64,000 bases of DNA from Hemiscyllium ocellatum (GCF_020745735.1 NC_083419.1:28542085-28606084); one strand, 5' to 3'; shown: positions 48,261-63,691, counted from the first letter of the stretch. Notes: generated by a model from the letters alone, not told the origin. Program-made: numbers and translations.

Positions 48261-51200
48261 GCCCGTCTCAGCAGCGCTCCTTGTGGCCGTGGTCATGACT
48301 CACAGTCGACTCGGGGAGAACTGTGCTGTGACAGATCGCAATTTTACATGCGTGCTGTGGTCTGGGGATATCTGTACTGACGGTAGAGGCTCCAGCTTCC
48401 TTTCAATAGCGTGGCCTGCTAAGGACTTGTTCTTATTTCCCTGTCATGGATGTACATGTTGGAAGGATATGCAGGTTGATTCTCAGCCTTTTTGTCATGT
48501 AATTTATGTAACTTCCTTTGGCATCGAGTCCTGGAGTGGAACGCAATAGCTGAACTTCTGCTTCAGAGGCCGGGGCACTACTCACTGTACTATGGGCCTC
48601 CTTCTAGCAATTGCATTTGACCATAAACGTAGTGAAGCAATAATGGGGATTGGGTGGGCTTTGCATTTCAATTGAACATTAATTACAGATGCACTTCTGT
48701 AGTGGATCAGATGAGCATCCTAAATACCAGAAATTAGCCATATGTTGCCACTCTCTTTTCTGTCTCATTAAAACAGTCCACAATCCATGATGTTAGTTCT
48801 GAATTCAAATTAAGGAGTTAGTAATCTTCCATGAAAGACAGATGATGAGAAAACCTTTCTCTCAGAATTCTTTGTAAGTCTCATGGATCTTTAGAATTCT
48901 GTTTCCCAGAGAGTTGTCATTGGATCATTGGAAGCAAGATCATGTAATATATTTAAGGTGAATGTAGACAGATTCTTGACTATCAAGGAACTGAAAGGTT
49001 GTTAGATTAGGCAGGTATTAAGGGAAGAGGACACAATCAGACCAGCCATGATCTCACTGAATGGTAAAGCATGTTTGACGGACTGAATGGTCCACTTCTG
49101 CTTCTAAGGCATATACTTCCATGAGCCTCCATCCTATGAAAGACTCTTGTGTAGAGTCATAGAATGACTACTGCTAAGAAGGTGGCCATTTGGCTCATCA
49201 TGTTTGTGGTGGCTCTCAGATTTTCCTCTTGGTCCAACTTCCAGCTCTATCTCTGCAAAACCCATAAGGTTCTGTCCTATGAAATTAATAAACCATATGT
49301 CAGGTTACTATGCTGCTATGTCACATGGTTAATGAAGTAATAGAGCTTTGAAATTGGTCATTAATATCTGATGTTTGATGTAGATTTCTTAATTAGAATT
49401 TTATGACAATTTTATTTGATGGAAAAAGTTTTTTGTTTCCTCGGGTTACTGTGCTAAGCCTATTTTCAGCAACAGGACAAATTTACTATTCAATATTGGA
49501 AATTAATAAAATGTTGTTAGATGTATAAACAAATTAACAAAACTATCTTCTTTCCTCCAATTCAACTATGAGTGTGTTTCTAGATATTTAATGATCAAGA
49601 TCTGTTTAGACTAAGATATTGAGGGGTACAGTGATATGGTCCCTCCCTCTGGGCCAGGACATCTGGGTTCAAGTTCCATCTGCCTCAGAGACATATCCGA
49701 ACAGATAGATTAAAATAACGTATTGGGAACTTTTGTGGTACAATGGTAGTGTGTTTCCTTCTGGCAGGTTCCATAAAATCTAGCTTCAATTCCCAGCTGC
49801 CCTTGACATGGGGCAGGTTGGTTAAAAATAAAAAGAGAGTTGATAGCATATTGATAATGTCACTGGATTGGTAATCCCAAACACCAGGTTAAGGTTCTAG
49901 GAGCTTTTGTGGCACAGTGGCCAGGAAAGTCCCACCCAACAGGTTGATAAAAAAATGTCTACAACACAATATTCATAATGTTTGTGAACTGCAAGAAAAC
50001 TGTATTACTAATGTGAAAGTTGGGTTACTTACCTTTGATATTTTCTCTTATCACATAAAGCTTTATTACTAGAATTAATTCGAACATTTATTCAATCAGA
50101 ATCATTCCTACAGGCAATGGTGAATGTTATCAAAGAAGTATGCAAAGTAAATGCATACAAAGGATCTAAATGAAGTAAAACAGATCATGTTAGTTGCAAA
50201 GACCGTGCTGTGCATCATTCTGTAATAAGTCTTCAAGATTGTCAATAAGTTACACATTTTTAGAACAATCCACAAGTAATTCAAAAAGTGTTTTTGTTTG
50301 TTTAATTGTATGTGTTCAATTTTATCATAAAATTAGTATCCTTGAATTAATTCTATTACTAGTTTGATTTGGTTGATATGTGAAAGATGTGGTGTCCTTA
50401 TGTTAGGTAATTCTCATACAAATACGCTTTCCAAAACTGCAAATATCAAAGCCTATAATTAAAATCTCAATACTGGTCACTGACATGTTTGCATATCTAT
50501 TGCAGTGCAAGATTTCCTGATATGGTTTTTCTAATTTGTTACACTCACCTGTGGATATAAATAAGTTGAATTATTCAGCAGGACCATGTTGACACCTTTC
50601 ACATTTACAGTGAGACTTTGTAAAATGAAACTTTTGTATTCTGCTGACCATTGGGGGATGAAAATATTTTCCACAATTTTTCAGGATGAGGATACCTCTT
50701 TGGAAAATAATATTATAGCAATAGAAAATAGTCTAAAACTATTTGATGTTTGTGTTTTGTCATTAAGAAGTAATGGTTATAACCACAAATATATTTTTCT
50801 TCCATTATTTGCAAAATGCATTACAGCTTGTCAAATCACTACTGAAAACAAAACTGCGAAGAAAAATGGCCCTGGATGAAGCATCAGCAGACAATGAGCC
50901 AAGGACCTCTCTTTGAGCAGATTAGAACTACAATATTTACCTTATGGGACATATTATGTTATTATGGTAAACCTAACTACAATGAGAAAAGTCTGAAGAC
51001 CATTTTGTTTAATATGAAGCAAGTGCCAGCTGCTTGAACATAATTAAGGTGCCCTCAGAGATGGGACTTATGCTGATATCTTTTGGAACTTTCATAGCAT
51101 CTCACAGTGGAAATTCTTCCTTTTATTTCTGCTGTTCTTACTCCTCCTATATTCCTGAATGTGCTGACAGTTTAGCCTGTCTTTCATTATCACCAAATTT

Positions 51201-51309
51201 TGCAGTACACAACATAACCCTGGAAACACAGTCATAACTGTGGTAAAGAAATGCTCAATAAATTTTCTGTTGGTAACGGGCTTCTCATTCTATCACAGCT
51301 GTGCCATGG

Positions 51310-52210
51310 CCCCAACAATGAGTTATGAGCCATGTCAGAAGATGGTAGTTCTGGTCACCTAGTAGCCAGCCGGGAACATGGCAGGCTGGTTGAAATGAAG
51401 ACGATAGCATTAACCAGAGCATGATATGAACACCAGCCATAGAGATGCATGATAAGCTGGTTAAGTTGGAAAGCAGATTGGATGTTCAGAGTGTGGATTT
51501 TCTTTCTCTTCAATAATACCAGAATACTGGTGGTCATGACATACTGTGTACTTGACTGGATGAAGTCCATTGCTCTCTGGTCTTGTTTCATATTCTGTTT
51601 ATTAGGAAAGTAATGCGGCTTTTCCTTCTGGCATAGAGACCCTCTGAGACTTCACTGATTAGTTGGTACATAGTAAACTAGGATATAGCGATGTACAACT
51701 GACAGGAAATTGTCGATGTCACCTGCTGCAGTCTGAAATCATAGAAGGTACTCATGGAATCCCTATAATGCAGAAAGAGGTCCATCATGTGCAGCAATCC
51801 TCCAAAGAATAGCCCAACCACATCCAGCCCCCTACTTTATCCCCATAACCCCACATTTACCATGGCTAATCTATCTAGCCTACAAACCTTCGGACCGTGG
51901 GAGGAAACCAGAGCACCCAAAGGAAACCATTGTAGAGTTGGGAAGAACATGAAAACTCCACACAGTCACCCAAGTTTGGAATTAAATCTGGGTCCCGGAT
52001 ACTGTAAGGCAGCAGTGCTAACCACTGAGCCATTGTGTGAAATATCCCTGTAATGTAAAAGTTAAGGACCATGAGACCAGAACAGCTACAGTTAATACTC
52101 TTCTTCTCTTGGTTCAAGATTCCAGTTGCAGCTGCAGCAGGTAAAACATCTTCAGTAAAATTGGATGGATGGAGCCCAACGTATACTGCAGACATCTATA
52201 TTTTTGCACC
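51310..52210 (-). pseudogene. Decayed PIF/Harbinger transposase split by a SINE
   Basis: Collinear remnants VLNFYITG / FQTAAGDI..VHRYI / KRKKIHTLNIQ..IMHL / GWLLGDQNYHLLTWLIT match Harbinger motifs (LNFYATGSFQ, NRKGFHSLNVQ, GWLLGDxGYPL..WL.TP). Confidence 0.75.
51740..52040 (-). mobile_element. HE1/V-SINE-type SINE nested in the Harbinger remnant
   Basis: Reverse-complemented head GCAGCAGTGCTAACCACTGAGCCA and V core. Confidence 0.8.
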
Positions 52211-54029
52211 CTCAGGCAACTTCAACAATGGTAATCAATGATTACTACCAAAATTCTATATTAAAGTCAAATCTTCAGACAGGTATCTCTTCATAACAGA
52301 GATTCCATTCAGCATGTATTTTCACCTTTTTACCAAAATAACCCTCAAAATGCCTAGAAGTCAGCTTTAAGGTTAGATACTATTAGGACAGCCGAACATA
52401 TAGACAGAAGTAGACTGTTAACTCAGGTTTAAATTAAGAATCTAAAATCAGCTATTTCCTTTAGAATAATTCTACATTTAAGATTAAATCCATTTGAAAA
52501 TAAGTATCAGGCTATCATAAATGGTGTGAATGTATTTTAAATATTCAGCATTGTGGTTATTTACAAATCAATATTATCTCTAGAAAGGAGAAGATGGAAA
52601 AGTGATCTAATGGAAGTCTTTCAGCTTATGAGAGGCTTTGATAAGGCAAACATAGAGAAAATGCTTCTACTTCTGGGCAAGATCAAATTAAGGGCCATAT
52701 ACATATAGCACAGTTTTCTTTGCAGTCGGGAGCATTATTTTATAGTTTTGTTTGTACAACTATTAAAATATTTAGTAGCTATACTTCTGGGACTCAGTAT
52801 AATTTAGTTTGTTTATTTTTCAATTACATAATTTAATTTCCTCTATTTTTAATAAGAGTTATATAATTTTGGTCTATTATGTACAGAAGCTAAAAATATG
52901 AATATTCTGCTCAGAAACTATTATATTTAAATCCAATTGATGAGTTTACTTCTCACTGTTATTTTTCCTGTCAGTTCATAGAATCATAGTTACTAAATGT
53001 AAATTAATTTATAGTAGATGGTCTCATTTGCATTCTAACTGTGTTTCAGTGGTAACATGCATAGGCCAAGCAACCTGAAATGTAACACAGCGATTGAACC
53101 TAATGGTTCTCACTTCCTGAGAATTCTTGCATTTAATAATGTCCAAAGCTATTGAAAAGATACTGGTATTGAAATAACATCAAAATTAATTTTAAGATAC
53201 TTAATAATATGGATGTTTTATTCAGGTGGCTGCTCACAACATACATTTATAGCCATTTAGGTAATAGTGAGGCTCCTTAACAGAACTACACTAGATATGG
53301 AGTTCAAAACAGATTTTCTGCATTTGTAATTATAATTACTGTGTGCAAGCAATGATTAAAAGCTGGATTGAAAGACCAAACACTCAGTATTAATAGTACT
53401 TCTCTCTTCTAATTACATTTTTGCTCAGCTGAACCTCATCCTGTTGCAGCGTCATTGAATTTAGTTGGTTTGTAATGATCATGAGTATCAAATTTTGGAA
53501 CTTTTAGCATTAGCGGTTTACACTGCAGTTCTGAGTGGAACTATATTTATTTTTAAAAGCAGCTTTAATTAAAATGAATAATATCAGGAGCTCACCTGGC
53601 ACTGCTCCAGGACAATCAGCTTTAATGTAGGCTCAACAATTGAGGACACTACAACAGTGAACTCATACCCAGTTGTAACCTGACCCCATTTATGTTGTGA
53701 CAGACTTAATAGGCTCAAGAGAATAGCAATCCCTGAACTACTGAAATCTGAGGCTATGTTGAATTGTACAGTAAGAACATGCATTTTTTAAATAATGGTA
53801 AAACACTGTTGTTTTCAATTCCAATAAGTATTAGAAGTGTGAGAAAAACAAAAATGTATAATGGTTAAAAGTATTTTTTTAATTTACATGCAATCCCTTT
53901 ATGCACAGATTGTTCACAGTATCAAGACAGCTACACCTGCATCAGAAAGTTCCATCTCCTCAGCCCAGACTGGAAATTGGTCCTTTGCTGCAGCAGTGTA
54001 ATAGTCTCCCAGTTTCCACAACATGCATA

Positions 54030-54740
54030 TTTACATGGGAACATGACGCCTGTCAAGCCTGCTCTATCATTTAAAAGGTTAGTTGAATACTTTAATGTAT
54101 TTTTCCATAATATCCTCATAACATTTTTTATGTCAATGGTAATCAGAAATCTATCAATATCTGTTTTAAATATACTCAGATACTGAGATTCTGCAGCCCT
54201 CTAGCATAGAGAATTCCAAAGATTCACAAACTCTCCGAGTAAAAGTAAAATCTCCTCATCAGTCCTAAGTGGCATCCTCTTTATTTTTGAAATGTGTCTC
54301 CTGGTTCTAGTCTCCATAACCAGGGGAAATATCTTAGCTGTGTCTATCCCTTCAAGTATTTTGTTGGTTTCAATGAGAACACATCTCATTCTTTGAAAAT
54401 GTAGGGAATACAAGCTCAGTTTTCCTAATCTCTCTTCATAGGACAGTCTTGCCATCCCAGAAACGAATCTGGTGAATCGTCATTGCTCGCCTTCTATGGC
54501 CATAATATACATCCTGAGGTATAAAAAACCAAACCTGCGCACAATGATCCAGGTGCAGTCTAAGCAAACTTCTGTACGATTGAAACAAGACTTCATTAAT
54601 CCAGTACTCATATTATCTTGAGATAAAGGATAAAATTCCATTATCTTTCCTAATAGTTTGTTGCATCTGCCTTTTTGCTGTCAATGACTTATTGACAAGG
54701 ATATTTAGGTCCCTTTGTAATTTACACTTTCCAACCACTT
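54030..54740 (-). mobile_element. CR1 LINE 3' fragment
   Basis: ORF 54201..54455 LSYEERLGKLSLYSL...TRRH. Confidence 0.75.
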
Positions 54741-57493
54741 CATAAAGGAAGTTGGCTCAGTGCTGAATTAGTGGAAGTTCGTGAAATCTATAAACTGGGG
54801 CTAATGAAACTGAATTCTCATATAGGTCCCTACAACCAGCAAAATGAAGAAACTCATTTAAACCAGAGGGCTTAATTATCTAACATTCCTATTATTTTAT
54901 CTTCTTAAAATTTTCTGAAAAAAATTAGGATTCCAGGATTCCAGGTATGTAGGATTCCGGGGATCTGTTTCCTTCCTGGTGAACTGTATTTTTCCATTTT
55001 AATGTTTTTATACTTCCACTCGAAATGTCCAGTGGTGGACTATGTGAAAATTATTGATTGGTGATTTGATCACTAACACCTTCATAACATCTCAACTTCA
55101 GCCATCATAGCTCATCTTCTACTGAAATTCTCATTCATACCTTTGTGATCTCTAAACATGACTATTCAAACACACTGCTTGCTGATGTCCCATTTTCTTC
55201 CCTCCAAATCAAGCTACAATTTGACTTTAAAATTCTCATCCTTACTTTCAAGTCTTTCAATGACCTTGTACTTCCCTATCTTTGATATCAAGACTGACAA
55301 TCCTCGAGATATTCCTCTAATTCTGACCTGTTGTACATTCCCACATGTAACTGCTCCACATTGGACACCATGCCTTCTATTGCCTAGGCCCCAAGCACTG
55401 CAATTCCCTGCATCTTTACTCTTTCATCTTTTAATTCAATTTTTAAAGCCTACCTTTTTACCAAGCTTCTGTTTTGCTGGCCTAATATCTGTTTGTATGA
55501 TTCAACATTTTATAGTTGCTGTATTAATTTACCAAGATTACTACACATATGTAAAATATGTAAAGTGTCACTTGTGTTGACCTACGCTAATTTGTTGTAC
55601 CGGTTATGGTATATTCCCATGATTCATATCCCAATGATTTCTTTTTCTCTGTTTAATTAATTTCAACATATTCAATTAATTTTTCTCCTCTGTGAAGCCT
55701 CCAGAAATCTTTTTCAGCCACCTCATAATTTCAGTCCCAACCTTTGTTTGGGTCCAATTACCACCTAAAAAGCACACTGGCAAATTTTAATCTGTTACGG
55801 ATTAAAACTGCATACATGAAGGATATAATTGTAATGAATTTTATGAATTTTAAATTGTAGTCAAAGGATCAGTATATTTATTTTTAAAAATGCACAATTT
55901 GCAACTTTGTTGTATATTAACTTGATTCCTTTGTGGGATGTAAACATTATTAGCAAGGCCAGCATTTGTTACAAATTTCTATTTTCCCTTCAGCCTGGTG
56001 GCATGGTAGGCCATTTCAGAGGGCTGTTCAGTTTTGGATTCACGCGTAGGCAAGACCTGATTAGGATAGCAGAGTTCCATCTCTAAAGTGAACTAGTGGA
56101 ATTTTACAGCAATCAGTGGTAATTGTCATGTTCACTAATATTGAGATGAGTTTCATATTCTAGATCTATTAAATGAATTCAAATTGAATTAACCACATAG
56201 TGAGATTCTAATCAACGTTTCCTAGAGCATTAGACCAAGATTACTAGTCTGGTGATATTATGACCTTGGATGGTAACAGAATGTCTCAAATTTGAAACTA
56301 AATCATACTATGAGCATATCACAGCCACAATCAAAATATTAAAAGGCCCTCTTATTGTTTTCAAAGAAAATATTACTCTTAGAGACTAGGAGACACATTA
56401 GTTGGCATTTAATATTCCAAAAAATCCAAATCCAACTTAAATTCTTACAAACAAAAGGGGCAAATACCCTGAGATTTGCAGATAATTAAGAAAAACTATT
56501 TCCATGTGAAAATAATAGTTATGATTTAATGTTCCGTGGTTAATATTATGCCACATTCTTTTAGAATGTTAAGGATGCTTTCACAAGCTAAGAAAATGCT
56601 AACTTGTCCTAATGAAAGATAATGAGAAATTCAATTCTGTATATATCTTGGCTGTGATACTTCCTGGGTACAGTTGTCAATATTTGTGAAAATCCCCAAA
56701 AACATTATATGTGGTGTGATATTCAGTAATTGTTTACATTAATTTACTTAGACTATGTATACTGAAACTTGACTACATTGAGTTTGTATTTTTACCCCCA
56801 GCATAATTATTTACCTGTAATTTTTAGCTGAAATTGGTCAGGTCCTAATTGATAAGCTGTATCAAGGCACAGTTTGCACCCACAGCTTGTCTGTTTAATG
56901 CAAATGAGGCTCCTGCTTAATTTTGATCAGATCTCAGATCAATATCTTTGGCTGTCTGCCCAGTTGTTCTGCTTATTTTGTGCCAGAATTCCCCTCCTAA
57001 TATACATTAATAAACATTAATATCCATTAACGGCAGCCAGAATGCTTACAGGTCTTTAGCTACCACTCCAACTGATGGATTGCCCTCTCGTGTCTAATTT
57101 CAGTATGATAAATATTAATAACATTTTCTACAAAGTTTAGCTTTTCCTTTTATCAAGCTAGAGCCATGCTGCATGCAGATTCTGCTTTAACTGCTGATTT
57201 TTGTTGAATCAAAAAAAGAATCCTTTTGTTCCCCCACCCATTTCCTGACATATTTACTAGGCACTTCTCACTCATGCATTTGTCCTTTGCAGAAACATTA
57301 AAGTGAATTAATCCCATGACATTTCAGGAGGTTAGCAGCTTGAGTATGGAATCTCACCCAACCATATTTTCAGCAGCTAATTACAGAACTCATTTCTGAA
57401 ACACGTGTCTGAATAGTATCTTAGACAATATTCGTCCTTTATAATATAACTTCTCCTCTTTTATTATTTAATTTGTATCTTTTGAAAAAACTA

Positions 57494-57810
57494 GGTGGCA
57501 CGGTGGCACAGAGGTTAGCACTGCTGCCTCACAGCGCCAGAGACCTGGGTTCAATTCCCGCCTCAGGTGACTGACTGTGTGGAGTTTGCACATTCTCCCT
57601 GTGTCTGCGTGGGTTTCCTCCAGGTGCTCTGGTTTCCTCCCACAGTCCAAAGATGTGCAGGTTAGGTGAATTGGCCATGATAAATTGCCCATAGTGTTAG
57701 GTGCAGGGGTATATGTAGGGGAATGGGTCTGGGTGAGAGCGCTTTGGCGGGTCGGTGTGGACTTGTTGGGCTGAAGGGCCTGTTTCCACTCTGTGAGTAA
57801 TCAAATCTAA
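57494..57810 (+). mobile_element. HE1/V-SINE-type SINE
   Basis: Full tRNA head, V core, TCTAA tail. Confidence 0.9.
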
Positions 57811-60800
57811 TTTAGAGCTAAGAATTTTTAACTCGTAATACTTCTCTGGCTATGTTGTGATTCCAGCTAACATTACTATTGGACAAGTGAGATGCCCATA
57901 TGAAATCTGGCTTGATAGACCATATTATGTTTTTTTTAATTTAATGTTCAGCCTTTCACTGAAATGTAAACACACAAAGCTCCAGATTTGGTTTCAACAA
58001 TTAAACAAAGTTTTATTACACAAAATAAATAAAAATAAACCAGGTTTTCTAAGACTAATACAGTTTGAATGAATGCTAAACATATGACAAAATAAAATCC
58101 ATTTACTCTCCGACATTGTCACTTTACAGGTAATCAAAATCCAAAGGAGTCTTCCTTCTCCATCAGAATTGTATATTTGATTTAAATGTGTCTTCACAGT
58201 TTTTATCTTGTGAGTTATGGAGCCTTATTTATTGATAATTCACATATCTAAGCTGACAGCTTAGACTTTCTCAGTCTTCCAGTAGTCTGTAGAGTTCTAA
58301 CCAAACACTTCCTGGTCTGGAAATTTCACAAACCACACTCTTTCACTAAGATAATTTATTCCCTTTATTGGTCTCCTTTTCTCCACTCCTGGTTAAGATT
58401 TCCTTTCCTATACCAAAAAAGGTTTTGAAATATTAATTGAAGTGCAAGTATTGGTATAACTTAGCCGAGATTATCAGGGCCATAGTGTTGAGCACAATTC
58501 TGCGCCTGGAATTTGGAAGTGGTAGTGGCAGGAAGACTGTTGTGATCTTTCTAGAATTGGTCAATTAAGGATGGTCAGCAAACTAGGGAAGCACAGGCCA
58601 AAAAGTGGGGCCACAGTCCAGTATTGCTGGCAGTTCTACCCAAAGAGGTGGGTGTGGCTGATGCATATCAGAAGACACAGGGATCCCTCAATTCTGAGGC
58701 AATCATTGCAGAATTATTAAAATATAAAAAAAAATGGTAGCCCTCCTACTGCTGGACCATCAGTGTGAAAGATGCCCGACATTTACAACAACAAGATCAC
58801 AGGGCATTTGAAGCAGGCATAACTGAATCTCTCACATGACAACAACCAGGCTTCAGCTTCAGTTAGATGCTTATCTGTTATTAGGAAGAGCCTGGCACAT
58901 CACCAGTTTGACAGCAAGTGGGCATTTATTGAGTGTAATTAAAAACCTGACACATAGCTGATGCTGATCAGAGCCCTGCCTCTGACAAGATCATTTGGAA
59001 TTCAGATTGAATCAAGAAGTAACACCGACCATGGCCAATTGCATTTGAAACAGATTCTAGTATAAATTCTAAACTTCTAGCCCAAATACTTATCCATTTC
59101 CCATTTTAAAGCTAATATTGACTTAAATTCTGGTACAGGTAAGATATTCCTTTTAACTTCTCCCCATATGCTTTTGGTAATGATCTCAAGTATCTAGTCA
59201 AGTGATAAATGGAAATGATTCCTTCCTAATTGTATTATCCAAAACATATAATAATTTTGAACATTCTATACAAATTTCCCTTCATAGTTAAATCCTTTCA
59301 TCACTGGAATCATTCTGGTAAATGTTTTGTTGTGTATTCTTTCGCCAAGACACATTTACAAAAGCAAAGAGCCAAAGTTGTAGATATTTCTAATTAGTCT
59401 GTCAGAGAGGTTATTACACATCTATGAATCTGGGCCTTCTGGCTCAGCACCTAAGGTTCTATAAAATATTGAAATTACAACCTAATTGCTGATATGTGTA
59501 TGTTCAACATTACTCCAGTTTGTGACTGTCCTATCCCAAATCTCTAAAGCAATAAAAGAAACTCCATCAAGAAGTCGTTATGCACTATGCTATATTCCTC
59601 AAACAGCATATTCCACTCCCCATCACTGGCTTGCATCCCAATGTTTGACAGTGATATGAAAGAAAAACCTCTGTAATATTCAGTAAAGAACAAGACTATG
59701 GTAATTCCAATGCTATTGATGATCACTAATGGCAACACTTGTGCTTGCTTTGCACAAAATGGAAATGCATCTATATACAAAGAGCACTTCAAAAAGGTAA
59801 ATCAGCTGTGTTAATTTCATGATTCAATGCATTTTAAATGAGTTTGTTTTCCTCCTTTCTTCTGCATAGAAACTAATAGCTGCCTCATTCTGCTGTAACT
59901 AAGCTAATATTCTAATCAGATTAAGGACTTGGACAACAAACAACTGGCCTAATGCAGCATTCAGCGTTAAGAATTGCACAATACATGATTTGATTTGAAA
60001 CTGTGTAATGTTGGGTGAAATAGTATTGAAAATTTATCTTATATACATGAAATGTACCCTAGCTTTTCTCAACAAGTTGTGTTGCTTAACATTGTGTACC
60101 TGCATTACAGTTTCTATTAGCAGAATTCTTCAAGCCCCTGAACGGCATGGGCAAAATGGCAAGTTGATTAGGAAAATATGGCAAGATCAGAGAAATAACA
60201 TTTTTAATGTTGAGGAGAAAAAGACTAATTTTTCACCGAAGGCTTGAATCTCACAAATAAGTAACCAAGCAGTCTGTTTGCATCCATATGTTATCTATGC
60301 AGGCATTAACGTTCGATTATTACCATTTCTTTCCTTATTTATAATCATTCGCTATTCTCTCAGAGGGCAGAAAGAAAGTGGGTGGCAACATAAAAGTCAG
60401 AGCGGGTAATTGGCAGCTCCATTTTCTCCCCCAGGCCTCCATTTTGGCTAGCAGTCAACAATATGTCAGAGTACACTCCGTAGGTGGTGATCATCACCAT
60501 CGTTCATTCATGGAACTTGGCATCGGACATGTACCAGCTTCATCACATTGTGGTATATTTCCAGTTCACTTAGAATAAAGGTTACCACTTCAGTACTGCG
60601 TCTTGGAGGGCACTAAGACCTTGGGTTGTAATGCTGCTAACAAGTCCCCTTGCACAGAGGATCAGACACCCATCCTGTGCATCAGAGCAATGTGCACCTC
60701 ATGACCCCTAGCTTGCCCTCTTATTGTACTTTGATTTTGAACCTACTTTAATGCTCAAGTATTGCTGCCTTTCTTTTCCTTGCCTTTTTATACATTGCCC

Positions 60801-61023
60801 CCTCAACCAGAACTTTTAAGGTTCATGGTACTTCTGCCTTGTCATTGACACAACGCCAGGCAGCTCCTCATGGTTGTCAGCAATCACCAGTCAAGGGCAT
60901 GGACATATTCTGTATGGCACTGTGCTATACCAATGTGCCAACAACTCACATGGCAAACACAATGCATGTGCTTCAGCCTCATGGTCATGTCTCAAAGTCA
61001 AAATACAGTAGTCCTTAGACAAG

Positions 61024-63268
61024 GCAAAAGTGATGACTGCAGATACTGGAAACCAGAATCTAGATTAGAGTGGTGCTGGAAAAGCACAGCAGGTCAGGCA
61101 GCATCTGAGGACCAGGAAAATCGACATTTTGGGCAAACGCCCTTCACCAGGAATGGAGACAGGGAGCCTCCAGGGTGGAGAGATAAATGGGGGTCGGTGG
61201 GGCTGGGGAGAAGGTAGCAAAGAGTACAATAGGATGAATGGGGGATGGAGGTGACAGGTCAGAGGGGAGAGTGGAGCGGATAGGTGGGAAGGGAGATTGG
61301 CAGGTAGGACAGGTCATGAGGACAGTGCTGAGCTGGAAATTAGGAACTGGCGTAAGGTGGGGGGAGAGGAAATGAGAAAACTGGTGAAGTCTACATTGAT
61401 GCCCTGGGGTTGAAGTGTTGGAGGGGTGGGGTTTGAGGGCAGAGGTGCAGGATGTGGATGAGATGCATCGGAGAGCATCTTCAACCACGTGGGAAGGGAA
61501 ATTGCGGTCTCTAAAGAAGGAGGCCATCTGGTGTGTTCTTTGGTGGAACTGGTCCTCCTGGGAGCAGATACGGTGGAGGTGGAGGACTTGGGAATACGGG
61601 ATGGCATTTTCGCAGGTGGTAGGGTGGGAAGAGGTGTAATCCAGGTAGCTGTGGGAGTTGGTGGGTTTGTAAAAAATGTCAATGTCAAGTCGGTCATAAT
61701 TAATGGAGATGGAGAGGTCCAGGAAGGGGACGGACGTGTCAGAGATGGTCCAGGTGGAATGTGTTGGTGAAGTTGATGAACTGCTCAACCTCCTTGCGGG
61801 AGCACAAGGTGACGCCGATCCAGTCATCAATGTAGCGGAGGAAGAGGTGGAGAGTGGTGCTAGTGTAACTACAGAGGATGGACTGTTCTATGTAGCCGAC
61901 AAAGAGACAGGCATAGCTGGGGCCCATGTGAGTGCCCATCGCTACCCCTTTGGTCTGGAGGAAGTGGGAGGATTCGAAGGAGAAATTGTTGAAGGTAAGG
62001 ACCAGTTCAGCCAAACGAATGAGAGTGTCAGTGGAAGGGTACTGTTGGGGATGTCGGGAAGGGAAGAAAAGGAGGACTTGGAGGCCCTGGTCATGGCGGA
62101 TGGAGGTGTAGTGGGATTGGATGCCCATGGTGAAGATGAGTCGTTGGGGGCCAGGGAAACGGAAGTCTTGGAGGAAGTGGTGGGCATGGGCGGAGTCTCG
62201 AAATTACGTGGGGTGTTCCTGGACCGGGGGGGGGGGAATAAGACAGTTTTTAGGTAGATGGAGATGAGTTTGGTGGGGCAGGAGCATGCTGAGACAATGG
62301 GTCGGCGAGGGTGGTCAGGCCTGTGGATCTTGGGAAGGAGGTATAATCGGGCGGTGCAGGGTTCCTGGACTATGAGGTTGGAAGCTATGAGTGAGAGATT
62401 TCCTGAGGCGATGAGATTGTGTATGGTCTGGGAGATGATGGTTTGGTGATCGGGGGTGGGGGGGTGAGGTTATGGTTGAGGAGGTGGTAGGAGGACGTGT
62501 CTTCGAGTTGGTGTCTGGTTTCAGTGGTGAAGAGGTCAGTGCGCCAAACTACCACTGCACCCCCTTTATCCGCTGGTTTGATGGTGAAATTGGGATTGGA
62601 GCAGAGGGAGTGGAGGGCTGTGCGTTGAGGGTGAGAGGTTGGAGTAGGGGAGGGGGGTAGACAGGTTGAGGCATTTAATGTATCGGAAGCAGTGGGAAAT
62701 GAAGAGCTCAGGGGTGGGTAATAGGCCAGCGCGGAGTGTCCAGGAGGATGGAGTGTGTTGGAAGTGAGTGAAGGGGTCCCCGGAAGGTGAGCGGGAGTCT
62801 TGATTGTAAATGTAAGCTCGGAGGAGGCAGAAAAAGTGTTCGACGTCACAGTGCGTATTAAATTCATTGATGCGTGGACGGACGGGGATAAAGGTAAGGA
62901 CTTTGCTGAGGACTGATTGTTCATCCTCAGTGAGGGGGAGGTCTGGGGGATGGTGAAACCTCAGCAGGACTGGGAGCTAGGACCTAGTGTGGGTGTGGAG
63001 CTGGGAGTGGGGGCAGAACCTGTAACTGGAGTGGGTGTGGTGGTAGGGGGAATGGGGGTGGCGTCATGAGCAGGGGTGATGTTCCCCTCAGGTTTCTGGG
63101 GAGCGGGGATGGTAACAGTGGGATCTGTGGGGGGCATGTCATCAGAATGCAGGTGAGTGGCGTTGGTGGGGCGGAAGTAGTGGCGAACATGGCAGTGGGG
63201 GCGGAAATCGCTGAGTGTGCGATGTCAGCACTGATGTGAGGGAGGCAGAAGTGATGTCACGTATGGTG
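61024..63268 (-). mobile_element. Penelope-like element with internal deletions
   Basis: Minus-strand RT remnants (GVAMGTHMGPSYACLF, LRYIDD, FLDL, YKPT); TSD CTTAGACAAG (61014-61023 / 63269-63278). Confidence 0.88.
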
Positions 63269-63691
63269 CTTAGACAAGTCAAGGGGTCTGTCATTATTCA
63301 GGATTTATGAGCACAGGACATCATCAGATATCAGTTCAAGGACTTGGACAGGAAGCTTTGGTTTTTGAGGCCAATCGGAGTCAAACAGTCTGGATCACTA
63401 CAGTGGAGTACTGCTCGGTCAGTCATGCAGATCCATTCAACTGGTCTGCACATAATTGTGAGTCAGTCAGGGGTCTAGTCACTCATCTGTTAGGATTGTC
63501 TTTCCAAGTCAGTTAAGGCAATGGGTCAGGATCAGTCCAGGGGATCTGTTCACTGAAAGTTCAGCAGTTACCAGAGGCCAGTGCTATGATGGGAAACCCG
63601 AGAAAATAAATTGCTGAATTGAAGGCAGCATGCTGGAATGCAGAAGGATTAACAGTTGTTCAGGGGACAACTCAACACATAAGGGAAGGAG

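Noticed and set aside
57494-57565. tRNA-like sequence with A and B boxes (also at 3083 and 18150-18222)
   Set aside because: These are SINE heads continuing into the V core and LINE-derived tail, not tRNA genes.
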